Assembly (NCBI GenBank): GCA_030390025.1
Contig: CM059432.1
Coordinates: 2,852,001-2,916,000, forward strand
Source of the DNA: Squalus acanthias
Taxonomy: Eukaryota
Reading direction: 5' to 3'
DNA length: 64,000 nucleotides
This document shows, one piece after another, positions 1-12,237 of this stretch. The notes under the pieces are model-generated. The model was not told where the DNA came from. It did not search any database and saw nothing but the letters and a program-made list of their open reading frames with translations. Position 1 is the stretch's first letter. Each line of letters opens with the position of its first letter. Position numbers and translations under genes: made by a program.

Positions 1-546
1 TGGATGGATAGAGCGCGACAGACAGGATACACTCATCAATTCCCTTCAGTTTCTCATTGAATAGGGAGATCAGTAGATAAGAGATGCAGCATTCAGAAGA
101 CTAAGATAAAATGACCTGATATTTTAAATCACCGTAAGCAACATTTGGCATTACCACGGGCTACACCGACCAACGCCCCGACAGGCACCGCTTCCTAATC
201 TTTGCAGGCAGGGTGAAAATAACCCTCGCAGCTAAAATGTAACCAGCCCAAAGTGATCTCTGCTGCTCCTGTGATTAGAGCTGGAAAATATCAGCATTCG
301 GAAAGCCAGCACGGCCGCAACATGTCCGTGCCCTTTCAGAAACCCCACGAGTAAATTATCTGCCAGGTGTGTTTCTGGGCGTCAGCGACGTTGAGCGGCA
401 CGGACTGGCAGACGTGTCTGCATCGCGCCGGGCGGAACCTAGTCGATGCGCAGAGTGAGGGAGTGCAGCGAGCGAGCACACCGTCACAATGCGGAAGGCG
501 GCCATTTTCTCTCCGGTTGATGGTACTAAGAACTTCGGTGGGGAAC

Positions 547-1040
547 GGCAGCGTAGTGGTTACGTTACTGGACCAGTAATCCAGAGGCCTGGACTAATGA
601 TCCAGTAGACGTGAGTTCAAATCCCACCACGGCAGCTGGGGAATTTAAATTCAGTTAATTAAATAAATCTGGAATAAAAAGCTAGTATCGGTAATGGTGA
701 CCATGAAACTACCGGATTGTTGTAAAAACCCATCTGGTTCACTAATGCCCTTTAGGGAAAGAAATCTACTGTCCTTACCCGGTCTGGCCTATATGTGACT
801 CCAGACCCACAGCAATGTGGTTGACTCTTAACCGCCCTCTGAAATGGCCCAGCGAGCCACTCAGTTTGTACCAAACCGCTACAAAGAAGTATACGCACTG
901 TGGGAGAACCTTCACCACACGGACTGCAGCAGTTCAAGACGGCGGCTCACCACCACCTTCTCGAGGGCAATGAGGGATGGGCAATAAATGCCGGCCTTGC
1001 CGCCGACGCCCACATCCCATGAACGGATATTAAAAAAAAA
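547..1040 (+). mobile_element. tRNA-derived SINE with LINE-derived 3' tail
   Basis: tRNA-like head with A-box-like TAGTGGTTA and B-box-like GAGTTCAAATCCC; 3' tail (CACCACCACCTTCTC...GGGCAATAAATGCCGGCC...CCCACATCCCATGAACG + A-run) matches LINE 3' fragments at 43190-43478, 50855-50952 and 53480-53540. Confidence 0.7.
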
Positions 1041-1154
1041 TCTTCCTGCTGTGTACAGGTAAAAAGGTTGTGGATTAACAGCATTGCCAGGTGTGTTGGT
1101 GGCAAACATGATTCCCTGTAAGATGTGTTTGCAATCTCAGACTCTAATCTTAAG

Positions 1155-1545
1155 AGAAAAGAAAAGAAAGACTTGCATTTCTATAGCGCCTTTCACGACC
1201 ACCAGACGTCTCAAAGCGCTTTACAGCCAATGAAGTACGTTTTGAAGTGTAATCACTGTCGTAATGTAGGAAACCCGGCAGCCAATTTGCGCACAGCAAG
1301 CTCCCACAAACAGCAATGTGATAGTGATCAGATCATTTTTTTTTTAAAGTGATGTTGATTGAGGGATAAATATTGGCCCCAGGACACCGGGGAGAACTCC
1401 CCCCCACCCTTCTTCTTAATAGTGGCTGTGGGATCTTTTACGTCCACCTGAGAGAGCAGACGGGGCCTCAGTTTAACGTCTCATCTGAAAGACGGCACCT
1501 CTGACACTGCGGCACTCCCTCAGCACTGCACTGGGAGTGTCGGCC
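1155..1545 (-). mobile_element. Deu-domain SINE (SacSINE1/AmnSINE1-like), head missing
   Basis: Matches body and tail of the full-length copies at 55475-55942 and 57665-58126. Confidence 0.75.
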
Positions 1546-2224
1546 GAGATGATGTTGACCAGCAGTTTGGCTCAGTGGCGTGACTCGGAGGTGAAGGAAA
1601 GGTTTAATAACTCCTTTTGGACATTTCTGAGTTTAAACTGCAAAGACGGCAATACGTGGCTTCGATACCAGCAATTGATAAGGCATAAAAAAAAAGGCAA
1701 AATTTCCACAGGAACAACTGCTGAGGCAGTTAGAAAATTCAGGACACGTTGGAGACACCCTGGGCCTTGAGAGAGTCTGCACTCAGATAAGGGGGGGGCC
1801 TACACATTCCAATCGTCCATAAAACCAGGAGAGATAATTGCAGCTGGTTTTAACATCATGGAGAAGCTGAGTGCAAATTGACAAATCTCCATCACTGAGG
1901 CCCGTTAATGATTGAGGCCAAGCGACAGGGGTGTGGATCAGACAAAATATGACTCTCCCCCCCCCCCCCCTAACCTTTACTCATGCCCCCAACTAGCAAG
2001 AACCATATAGGAATGGGACACTGTGGCAGGTCCGGCACTACAGTCAATGGGAGCCTCGCAAACCTCCACCTGGAGGGCAGCTCCCATCAGAAGGATCAAG
2101 TGCCGTGGGAGAGCTGATCACTCTGCAGCCTTGACGTTGAGTCCTTGGTTTACAGGTCGTATGTATTGCTCGACGCCGTCATTATTCTTGCGTGAACTGC
2201 TTTAATACAGCGGGCCACGTTAAA

Positions 2225-2918
2225 TCATTAAAGATAACTTTGCAGGTGCAGCAGGCGGTTAAGAAGGCAAATAGTATGTTGGCCTTCATAGCGAGAGGGT
2301 TTGAGTACAGGAGCAAGGATGTCTTGCTGCAGTTGTACAGGGCCTTGGTGAGACCACATCTTGAGCATTGTGTGCAATTTTGGTTGCCTTATCTGAGGAA
2401 GGATGTTCTTGCCATGGAGGGTGTTCAGTGAAGATTCACCAGGCTGATACCTGGGATGGCAGAATGACGTATGAGGAGAGATTGGGTCGATTGGGCTTAT
2501 ACTCGCTGGAGTTTAGAAGAATGGGAGGGGATCTCATTGAAACTTATAAAATTCTGAAAGGACTGGACAGACTAGATGCAGGAAGGATGTTCCCGATGGT
2601 GGGGGAGTCCAGAACCAGGGGTCACAGTCTAAGGATAAGGGGTAAGCCATTTAGGACAGAAATTAGGATGAATTTCTTCACCCAGAGAGTGGTGAACCTG
2701 TGGAATTCTCTACCACAGAAGGCAGTAGAGGCCAATTCATTAAATATATTCAAGAAGGAGTTGGATATATTTCTTAAGGCTAAAGGGATCAATGGATATG
2801 GGGAGAAAGCAGGGACAGGGTTCTGAATTTGGATGATCAGCCATGGTCTCATTGAATGGCGGAGCAGGCTAGAGGGGCCGAATGGCCTACTCCTGCTCCT
2901 ATCTTCTATGTTTCTATG
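2225..2918 (+). mobile_element. CR1-clade LINE 3' fragment
   Basis: ORF2 C-terminal motifs [36 protein letters not shown]; 3' UTR ending in TTCTATG repeats. Confidence 0.9.
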
Positions 2919-3109
2919 ATTGATTAACAGACAGGGTAGCGTGGCTTTCGTTGGCTGGCTGCTGTCCAGGTCCATGTATCACTGGAATATCTGTAACCCT
3001 TACAGAGCTGAAAGACCCTTCGCTGGGGGGACGGCTAGAACTGTTCTCACTCTACTTCAGATAGCCCCGCAAGCCTGTACTCTATCGAATAGGGTATATT
3101 CAATATATA

Positions 3110-3640
3110 ATTGGCAGGATAGGTGCACCAACGTCAGTGTTCTTGCTCAGGCCAACATCCCCAGCATCAAAGCTTTGACCACGCTCGATCAGCTCCGATG
3201 GATGGGCCACATCGTCAGCATGCCCGATACGAGACTCCCAAAACAAGCGCTCTACTCGGAGCTCCGACACAGCAAGAGAGCCCCAGGTGGGCAGAGGAAA
3301 CACTTCAAGGACACCCTCAAAACATCCTTGAAAAAGTGCAACATCCCCACCGACACCTGGGAATCCCTGGCCCAAGACCGCACAAAGTGGAGGAGAAGCA
3401 TTCGGGAAGGCGCCGAACACCTCGAGTCTCTTTGCCGGAAGCAAGCGGAAGCCAAGCGCAAACAGCGGAAGGAGCGCACGTCAACCCAAGCACCCCACCC
3501 ACCCGCCCCTTCAACCACCGTCTGCCCCACCTGTGACAGAGACTGTCGGTCCCGCATTGGACTCATCAGTCACCTGAGAACTCATTTTTAATGTGGAAGC
3601 AAGTCATCCTCGATTCCGAGGGACTGCCTAAGAAGGAGAA
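3110..3640 (+). mobile_element. RTE-clade LINE 3' fragment
   Basis: QLRWMGHIVSMPDTRLPKQALYSEL...GGQRKHFKDTLK and terminal zinc finger CPTCDRDCRSRIGLISHLRTH; short 3' UTR with AAG-rich tail. Confidence 0.85.
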
Positions 3641-3659
3641 GGGTGGTACTAGCTGGACA

Positions 3660-3764
3660 GGTAGTTTCTGCGCATGCGCGGTATTTATGATGTAAAAGCT
3701 GGTGAGCGGTCTGCGCGGGATCTTTCCCATTACTGTGCGGCCGCGCACCTTAGCGGGAACATTG
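3660..3764 (-). mobile_element. Partial hAT-like MITE (same family as 13166-13299)
   Basis: Ends in GGGAACATTG TIR; its reverse complement resembles the 13166 element. Confidence 0.55.
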
Positions 3765-3925
3765 CAGGGAACAGCAGGAAGCTTACTGCTGATTGGGTCT
3801 GCAACGAAGGTTCACTAGATTGATTCCTGGGATGAGAGGGTTGTCCTATGAGGAGAGATTGTGTAGAATGGGCCTGTACTCTCTGGAGTTTAGAAGAATG
3901 AGAGGTGATCTCACTGAAACATAGA

Positions 3926-4718
3926 GGGGGGAAAATTTGGTTGGTTAGCGCCTCCCGTTAGCACCTCCGGGGGGCACTACAGGGACGCTAGGAACTTAGC
4001 GCCCAAGCGCGGTGATTTTGGCACCGCTCGCAAAATTAACCAGTCGTTTTGCGGCGGCGTTAAACACTACCGCCACGATCTCCTGCGCCCGCAGATCGTG
4101 ACGTCAGTCAAGCGTGCAACGCCCCAGACCGGATATTGAGTTGCGCCCCCTGCCTTAGCGCCTGCCGCTAGGAACGACAGGTAGAGGGGAACGTTTTCAA
4201 GTCGGGAAGGGGCTGGGGGAGCGCTATTTAAAGGCAGGCGCTTCCTGCCTTTTCTTGTCGGCAAAATTTTTGTTTTTTTCGCTGTCCTAAGGAGTTTTGG
4301 CCCTCAGCACCACTTTTGAGGTTCCTGTGCGCCGAGCTCTTTCCCTGGGCCTGTCCATTAATGCTTCCAACACAATTGCTTTAGAGGTCTCTCCAGGCCG
4401 AGATTCAAGGCTGCAATGATCAGGGTGTGGCTGGCCAGCAAGATGTCCCCTCCCCTTTAAGAGCTGGACAGCGCCAGTCTGTCTGGCTTCCATGGTAATT
4501 GGCATCGCCTGAGCTTCGGGAGTGTTCTGAGGTAGTGCCTCGCTCCCTGACATTTGCGCCTTGAGAGAGGTGTGTAGCGCCTGATTTAGCGCTCAAATCA
4601 CCTCCAGGGGCGATAGAGGCGAATTTTGCAGTAGGAGGCGATAATTAGCGCCAGGCGCTAAACTTTGCGCCCGGCCGATATTAGCGGCCCAAGATGGGCG
4701 ATACCCAATTTTCCCCCC
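3926..4718. mobile_element. Non-autonomous DNA transposon, PIF/Harbinger-like
   Basis: TIRs GGGGGGAAAATT / AATTTTCCCCCC; 3-bp flanks AGA/ATA; excision restores CR1 sequence GAAACATATAAAATTC. Confidence 0.75.
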
Positions 4719-4923
4719 ATAAAATTCTTAATGGGCTTGACAGGGTAGATGCTGAGAGGTTGTTTCCCCTAATGGAGTGTCTAGAAATAGGGGGCATAGG
4801 CTCAGGATAAGGGGTCGGCCATTTAGGACTGAGATGAGGAGGAATTTCTTCACACAGAGGGTTTTGAATCTTTGGAATTCTCTACCTCAGAGATCTTTGG
4901 ATGCTAAGTCTTTGAGTATATTC

Positions 4924-5363
4924 AACAACAACAACTTGTATTTATATAGCACCTTTAATGTAGTAAAACGTCCCAAGGCGCTTCACAGGAGTGTTATAAA
5001 ACAAAATTGGACACCCAGCTGCATAAGGAGATATTAGGGCAGGTGACCAAAAGCTTGGTCAAAGAGGTAAGTTTTAAGGAGCGTCTTAAAGGAGGAGAGA
5101 GAGGTAGCGAGGCGGAGAGGTTTAGGGAGGGAATTCCAGAGCTTAGGACCTTGGCAGCTGAAGGCACGGCCGCCAAAGGTTGAGCGATTAAAATCGGGGA
5201 TGATCAAGAGGCCAGAATTAGAGGGGTGCAGATATCTCGGGGCGGGGGGGGGGGGGGGGGGGGGAGGGAGGAGGGCGTTGTGGGGCTGGAGGAGATTACA
5301 AAGATAGGGAGGGGGGTGAGACCATGGAGGGATTTGAAAACAAGGATGAGAATTTTATAATCG
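4924..5363 (-). mobile_element. L2-clade LINE 3' fragment
   Basis: (AAC)n tail; reverse-strand L2-type ORF2 end (GGRAFS...LWNSLP...FKTLLKT). Confidence 0.8.
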
Positions 5364-5864
5364 AGGCTGAGATCGATGGATTTTTGGACACTAAGGCAAT
5401 AAAGGGCTGTGGGGATAGGGTGGGAAGGTGGAGTTGAGGTAGAAGATCAGCCATGATCTTATTGAATGGAGGAGCAGGCTCGATACGGCCTCCGCCTGCT
5501 CCTATTTCTTATGTTCTTAGGTTCGTGCTGGTAAGGTGTGTAGTATTAGCTGGTTAATCCACAGCTGTGTTCGTTTGGTGCTCCGTTATCCTTCACTCTA
5601 GGCAACCACTGCCTAAATTCTGTGGCCTCTGATAAATGGAGTGCGTCCCTATAGAGCGAGGGTGCGCCCTTCATATCGGCCAAATACAACCTCTCCTGCC
5701 TGGATTTCTTTGACTTCTAAGTGACGGTGATGGGTTCCCATGTGCGTCAGATTCCCCATGGCCAAGATACTTTGATGCATGAATTGTTTATTAACGCCTA
5801 TTAGTAAATAGGATGTTCAATCTGATTAGATACTATGTGGATGTGAATGTCTGATAAAGTCTGC

Positions 5865-6086
5865 TTTTACAGCACAGAAACAGGCCTTCCGGCCAAACTG
5901 GTCCGTGCCGGTGTTTCTGCTCCACACGAGTCTCCTCCCACCCCTCTTCATCTCACCCCATCAACATATAATTCTATTCATTTCTCCCTCATGTACTTAT
6001 CTGGCCTCCCCATAAAATGTATCTTTGCTATTCGCCTCAACCACTCCCTGTGGTAGCGCGTTCCACATTCTCACCACTCTCTGGGT
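5865..6086 (-). mobile_element. CR1-like 3' end fragment
   Basis: Similar to the 3' end of the CR1 copy at 33770-34330. Confidence 0.6.
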
Positions 6087-6101
6087 ACACATTCGCCGTC
6101 G

Positions 6102-6215
6102 CACTCTCACCTCGCTGTCCTCGGCCTCCTACACAGTTCTAATGAAGCTCTACGCAAGCTCGAGGAACAGCACCTCATCTTCCTATTAGGCACTTTACAG
6201 CCTACCGGGCGAAAC
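6102..6215 (+). mobile_element. Penelope-like element GIY-YIG endonuclease C-terminal fragment
   Basis: Manual translation HSHLAVLGLLHSSNEALRKLEEQHLIFLLGTLQPTGRN fits the PLE endonuclease C-terminal pattern RxxxExxxIxxLxTLxPxGLN. Confidence 0.7.
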
Positions 6216-6224
6216 AAAGTTTAG

Positions 6225-6860
6225 ATCTTAGCTATTTGCCCAACTCCCACCCGCTGAATGCACGTGAAACTCTTACCCCGGGTACAAGCAGGAGTAAGGC
6301 CGGCTTTTACCAGCATAAGAGTTTTAAAAAATAGAAAAATAAAATTTTATCTCTCATTTATAAATTAAAAACACTCTTCAATAAGATAAGTTTATTTTTA
6401 GCCCTGTAAAATCATTTTTTTTAATTAAATTTTTGTTTAAAATATTTAATTAAATGGCATTTTAATTATTTTTAAATATGTAATGTTTCTTTTAAATTTA
6501 TTTAATGTGTTGGTGTATTTTTTAAGTGATCCCCATTTATACTTATGGGTGTTCCGTACGGGCGCAACTGCAATAAGTATGAATGGGAATTCCCTTCTTT
6601 CATTGGTTGGGTCGGCCCACGTGATCCCAGGAGCGCTGACGAACCGCTTGCGCCCCTGGGATACGTGGGGCTCAGCCCGTGCGGACCCGGGAGAGGCCCA
6701 GGACCGCGAGCCTCCGTATCTCCCGGGCCATCAGGTACATTCGTAGATTTTTTTTTTTGCAGGTCGGAGGCGTCCGCCGGCGGGGGAAAGCCTCCGATCG
6801 CCAATGTTGGCCCTGTCTGCGCTTCGAAAAGCAGAGCTGGGCAAAAAAAACCTCAAAAAA
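6225..6860. mobile_element. Probable non-autonomous DNA transposon
   Basis: GC/CpG-rich ends around a very AT-rich core; termini not resolved. Confidence 0.35.
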
Positions 6861-7042
6861 AGGCATCACCATATTCTGCTATTTTCAAAACGATCTACTG
6901 ATGGGTTATAATCATGCACGAGCCAGCAGGTTCAAGGCTGCAATACAGATCAAAGGCACGCTTTATTCAGCTTGACTTCACCAATTTCCTGCACAGATCC
7001 CGTCAGGATATGCACTAGAGCCCGGACTGCAAATCATAGCAA

Positions 7043-7548
7043 TGGAACGTAGGAACAGAAGGAGGCCATTCAGCCCCTCGAGCCTGTTCCGCCATTCAAT
7101 TAGATCGCGGCTGATCTGTATCTTAACTCCATCTACCCGCCTTGGTTCCGTAATCCTTACCCAACAAAAATCGATCAATCTCAGTTTTGAAATTTTCAAA
7201 TTGACCCCCCCCCCCCCCCCAGCCTCAGCAGCTTTCGGGGCGGGGGGGGGGGGGGGGGGGGGGGAAGAGAGTTCCAGATTTCCACTACCCTTTGTGTGAA
7301 GAAGTGCTTCCTGACATCACCCCTGAACGGCCTGGCTCTAATTTTAAGGTTGTCACCCACTTGTTCTGGACTCCCCCCACCAGAGGAAATAGTTTCCCAC
7401 TCTCTACCCTATCAACTCCTTTAATCACCTTAAACACCTCGATCTGATCACCCCTTAATCTTCTACACTCGAAGGAATTCAAGCCTAGTCTGTGCAACCT
7501 GTCCTCGTAATTTAATCCTTTTTAGCCCGGGTAACATTCTGGTGAAGC
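7043..7548 (-). mobile_element. CR1 3' fragment
   Basis: Reverse-strand RRLRGDQIEVFK motif and CR1 3' UTR. Confidence 0.8.
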
Positions 7549-7989
7549 TGTCATTAGGCGGATCTTATTACAAGGATTAATAATTTGCAGCTTCTGAGGT
7601 TTATACAGTTTGTTGCTGTTATCAGACCTCCCGTTTGCTTTTACTTATAAATATTAAATTCACACCATTTCAAAATAAGCCTGATCAAAACCTTGAAATA
7701 TTTCCCTAGGAACTATTTTTCATATCAGAACGTCGTCTCATTCAATATTCACTATGCTCGCCGAAGGCATGTTTTGGTAAATTATTTTTTCCTACAGCCC
7801 TCAGATAATGCGGATTTCGCTTTGGAGCATTTGCCTCCGAAAGCACCTTCAAGTTTAAGAACAAAAATAAAATGCTAACTCAAAGAACTGAAATGGGGTC
7901 ATAGGTTAACAATAATCACAGTGCCCATGGCAACTACATCAGCACAGTTGTGTACCAATGGAAACATGTCAGTACGTTATCAAAATGGA

Positions 7990-8649
7990 AGCAAATAATC
8001 GAAAAGGCTAATGGAATGCTGGCCTTTATATCTAGAGGACTAGAATACAAGGGGGTTAGAAGTTATGCTGCAGCTGTACAGAGCCCTGGTTAGACCACAC
8101 CTGGAGTATTGTGAGCAGTTCTGGGCACCACACCTTAGGAAGGATATATTGGCCTTGGAGGGAGTGCAGCGCAGGTTTACCAGAATGATACCCGGACTTC
8201 AAGGGTTAAGTTACGAGGAGAGATTACACAAATTAGGGTTGTATTCCCTAGAATTTAGAAGGTTAAGGGGTGATCTGATTGAAGTTTTCAAGATATTAAG
8301 GGGAACAGATAGGGTCGAGAGAGAAACTATTTCCACTGGTTGGGGAGTCTAGGACTAGGGGGCATAGTCTAAATATTAGAGCCAGACCTTTCAGGAGTGA
8401 AATTAGGAAACACTTCTACACACAAAGGGTAATAGAAGTTTGGAACTCTCTTCCGCAAACGGCAATTGATGCTCGATCAATTGTTGATTTTAAATCGGAG
8501 ATTGATCGCTTTCTGTTAACCAAAGGTATTAAGGGATGTGGGGCAAAGGCAGGTATCTGGAGTTAGGTCGCAGATCAGCCATGATCTCATTTAATGGCGG
8601 AACAGGCTCGAGGGGCTGAATGGCCTCCTCCTGTTCCTCTGTTCCTATG
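7990..8649 (+). mobile_element. CR1 3' fragment
   Basis: [22 protein letters not shown]...[12 protein letters not shown]; 3' UTR. Confidence 0.85.
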
Positions 8650-8984
8650 AAGCTGAGCAGTTCTGACATTTAACAGGGTTCACAGGCGGAGTTAGCAAGT
8701 CAAAGCAAAGAGAGCAGATGGGAATTTGCACTAAAGACGCTAGTAACTAGGATTAAAGTGGAGCAGAGAGTGTACTGCCCACAGGCTGAAACGTCAGCAG
8801 GGGGGAGTACCACCATCCCCGAATGGGAGTAGGGGTGGTGGGGAGGAGGCCACCATAGAACGATACAGCACAGTAGGAGGCCATTCGGCACATCGTGCCT
8901 GTGCCGGCTCTTTGGCAGACCTATCTGATTAGTCCCTTTCCCGATAGCCCTGCAAATTTCTCCTTTTCAAGTGTATATCCAACA

Positions 8985-9170
8985 TCACTAAAACAGATTA
9001 TCTGGTCATTATCACGTTGCTGTTTGTGGGAGCTTGTGTGCGCAAATTGGCTGGCGCGCTTCGTACATTACAACAGTGACTACACTTCAAAAAGTACTTC
9101 ATTGGCTGTAAAGCGCTTTGGGACGTCCTGAGGTCGTGAAAGACGCTTTATAGAAATGCAAGTCTTTCTG
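8985..9170 (+). mobile_element. Deu-domain SINE 3' part
   Basis: Matches the 3' part of the full-length copies. Confidence 0.7.
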
Positions 9171-9634
9171 TAGTTTTATTCCCTTTTGAAGGTTATTACT
9201 GAATCTGCTTCCTTTCAGGCAGCTCATTCCAGATCATAACAACTCGCTGTGTAAAAAAAATTCTCATCTCGCCTCTGGTTCTTTTGCCAATGATCTTAAA
9301 TCTGTGTCCTCTGGTTACCGACCCTCCTGCCAGTGGAAACAGTTTCTCCTTATCTACCCTATCAAAACCCCTCATGATTTTGAACACCTCTATCAAATCT
9401 CCCCTTAACTTTCTCTGCTCTAAAGGAGAACAACCCCAGTCTCTCCACCTAACTGAAGTCCCTCATCCCCTGGTACTATTCCAGTAAATCTCCTCTGCCA
9501 CCTCTCCAAGGCCTTGACATCCTTCCTAAAGTGTGGTGCCCAGAATTGAACACAATACTCCAGCTGAGGCCGAACCAATGTTTTATAAAGGTTTAGCAAT
9601 AACTTCTTTGCTTTTGTACTCTCAGCCTCTATTA

Positions 9635-9736
9635 CCTGTACCTTTACCTGACGAAGGGGCAGCAGCTCCGAAAGCTCGTAATTTTAAATAAAACTGTTGG
9701 ACTATAACCTGGTGTTGTGCGACTTCTCATTTTTGT
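9635..9736 (+). mobile_element. Short Penelope-like pLTR insertion (family A)
   Basis: 9-bp TSD CCTCTATTA (9626-9634, 9737-9745); sequence shared with 31672-31851 and 47855-48299. Confidence 0.75.
9644..9681 (+). ncRNA. Minimal type-I hammerhead ribozyme motif
   Basis: TTAC-CTGACGA-A-GGGGC-AGCA-GCTCC-GAAA-GC-TC-GTAA: stem I, CUGANGA core, stem II, GAAA, palindromic AGCT stem III, UH site. Confidence 0.7.
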
Positions 9737-10286
9737 CCTCTATTAATAAAGTCATGGATCCCATATACTTCTTTAACAGCCTTCTCAACTTGTCCTGCCA
9801 CCTTCAAAGATTTGTGTGCGTACACCCCCGGGTGTCTCACTCCCTGCACCCCCTTTAAAATTTCACCATTTAGTTTACATTGCCTCTCCTCATTTTTCCT
9901 TCCCAAATGCATCACTTCACAACTCTCTGCGTTAGATTTCATCTGCCACGTGTCTGCCCATTTCACCAGTCTGTCTGTGTCTTGCTGAAGTCTGTTACTA
10001 TCCTCCTCACTGTTTACTACATTTCCAAGCTTTGTGACATCTTCAAACTTTTAAAATTACACCCCCAATACCCAAGTCCAGGTCATTAATATACACCAAA
10101 AAGAGCAGTGGTCCCAGTACTGATACCTGGGGGACACCACTGTACACTTCCCTCCAGTCTGAACAACAACCGTTCACCACTGCTCGCTGTTTTCTGTCTC
10201 TCAGTCAATTTCATATCCTTGCAGCCACTGCCCCTTTAATCCTTCAATTTTGCTAACAAGTCTATTATGTGGCACTTTATCAACCA

Positions 10287-10655
10287 CCTTGTTTTCAAAT
10301 CCCTCCATGGCCTCGCCCCTCCCTATCTCTGTAACCTCCTCCAGCCCCACAACCCTCCGAGATCTCTGCGCTCCTCCAATTCTGGCCTCTTGAGCATCCC
10401 CGATTTTAATCGCTCCACCATTGGCGGCCGTGCCTTCAGCTGCCAAGACCATAAGCTCTGGAATTCTCCCCCTAAACCTATCCGCCTCTCTCTCCTCCTT
10501 TAAGACGCTCCTTAAAACCTACCTCTTTGACCAAGCTTCTGCCCTAATATCTGTTTATGGGGCTCGGTGTCAAATTTTGTTTGTTTACGCTCCTGTGAAG
10601 CGCCTTGGGATGTTTTACTACGTTAAAGGTGCTATATAAATGCAAGGTGTTATTG
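10287..10655 (+). mobile_element. L2 3' fragment
   Basis: VFKSLHGLAPPYL...RSLRS...GGRAFS; L2-type tail. Confidence 0.8.
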
Positions 10656-11344
10656 CTGAAAGTCCATATACACAACATCAACTGCACTACCTTCAGCAAC
10701 CCTCTCATCACCCTATTTCATCAAAGAACTCAATCAAGTTAGTCAGACATGATTTGCCTTTAACAAATCAGTGGCTGTCATTTATTAACCCATGTTCTTC
10801 CAAGTGACAATTTTCTCTCGGATTATCGTCTCTGAAAGTTTCCCCACCCCCCGACGTTAGGCTGACCGGCCTGTTTGTTGCCGGGTGTAATGGGGGTGTA
10901 GCATTTGCAACCTTCCAGTCCTCTGGTACCACTCCCATCTCCAAGGAGGATTGAAAGATTGCGACTAGAGCCAATGCTATTTCCACCCTTACTTCCCTCA
11001 GCAACCTAGCATGCAGCCCATCTGGGCAGGGGTGACTGATTTCCGTGGGTGATTTCTGGCAATTTGTTATAACCTAATTATGTCTGCATTTCTGCTCTTG
11101 TACACGGATGCTTTTCAAACGTCCTCGATCTATTATACTGAAAAGCAAATAAATCAGGGGGGTCACCCGCCAATCTTAAAAAGTGTGGGATGAATGAAAG
11201 TCTGAAGAGAAACTGTTGCTTCTGTTATTAGTGTCAGAATCGCTCTCCCTCTTCCCTCGATGAAGAGTAAAATCTGTGTATTGCACTTTATTGAGAGCAG
11301 CATTAACAAGCATTGTATTGCCTATAATGTAGACAAACTAATTA

Positions 11345-11695
11345 CTGAGGGTGTGCTGTGGCTCAGTGGGTAGGGAGACGTTAAACCGAGGCCCCGCCTG
11401 CCATCTCAGGTGGACATAAAAGATCTCATAGCACTATTCTTCGAAGAAGAGCGGGGGGGGGGAGTTCTCCCCAGCATCCTGGCCAAAATAATTACCCCCT
11501 CAACCTACATCACTAAAGAAACTTACTATCTGGTCGTTATCTCATTGCTGTTTGTAGGAGCTTGCTGTACGCAAATTGGCTGCCGCGTTTCCTACATTAC
11601 AACAGTGACTACATCTCAAAAAGTACTTCATTGGCTGTAAAGAGCTTTGGGATGTCCGGTGGCCGTGAAAGTCGCTGTATAAATGCAAGCCTTTT
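11345..11695 (+). mobile_element. Deu-domain SINE with internal deletion
   Basis: Similarity to the other copies in the window. Confidence 0.7.
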
Positions 11696-11809
11696 AAAAA
11701 AAATATATTGTGCCTGTACGCTTATAACTGATATCTGTGGCTCTTACTAGTTTGTTATCGGCAGGTTAATCACGAGCGACATCCATTTTTGCCAGAGAAG
11801 GATTTACAC

Positions 11810-12237
11810 AGAAGGTTGTGGGTTCAGGTCCCACTCTAGAGACTTGAGCGCAAAAGCTAGGCTGACACTCCAGTGCAGTGCTGAGGGAGCGCCGCACTGT
11901 CGGAGGTGCCGTCTTTCGGATGAGACGTTAAACCGAGGCCCTGTCCGCTCTCTCAGGTGGACGTAAAAGATCCCATGGCATTATTTTCGAAGAAGAGCAG
12001 GGGAGTTCTCCCCCGGTGTCCTGGGGCCAATATTTATGCCTCAACCAACATCACTAAAAACAGATTATCTGGTCATCATCACATTGCTGTTTGTGGGAGC
12101 TTGCTGTGCGCAGATTAGCCGCCGCGTTTCCTACATTACAACAGTGACTACACTTCAAAAAGTATTTCATTGGGTGTAAAGCGCTTTGGGGTGTTCTGAG
12201 GTCATGAAAAGTGCTGTATAAATGCAAGTCTTTCTTT
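11810..12237 (+). mobile_element. Deu-domain SINE, near full length
   Basis: B-box region, Deu core (GCACTGTCGGAGGTGCCGTCTTTCGGATGAGACGTTAAACCGAGGCCC), tail ATAAATGCAAGTCTTTC. Confidence 0.8.

Larger units (their letters stand above)
3795..5519 (+). mobile_element. CR1 3' fragment split by two insertions
   Basis: CR1 ORF2 end/3' UTR in three collinear pieces (3795-3925, 4719-4923, 5364-5519) ending TTCTTATGTTCTTA. Confidence 0.8.
8855..11040 (-). mobile_element. Decayed CR1 interrupted by SINE, PLE and L2 insertions
   Basis: Collinear RT fragments (VPEDWKVAN, DKVPH, KWADTWQM, FFTQRVV) on the minus strand. Confidence 0.8.

Noticed and set aside
260..540. CpG-rich unique stretch as exon or promoter
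   Set aside because: No recognisable protein or convincing splice-site pair; too little evidence
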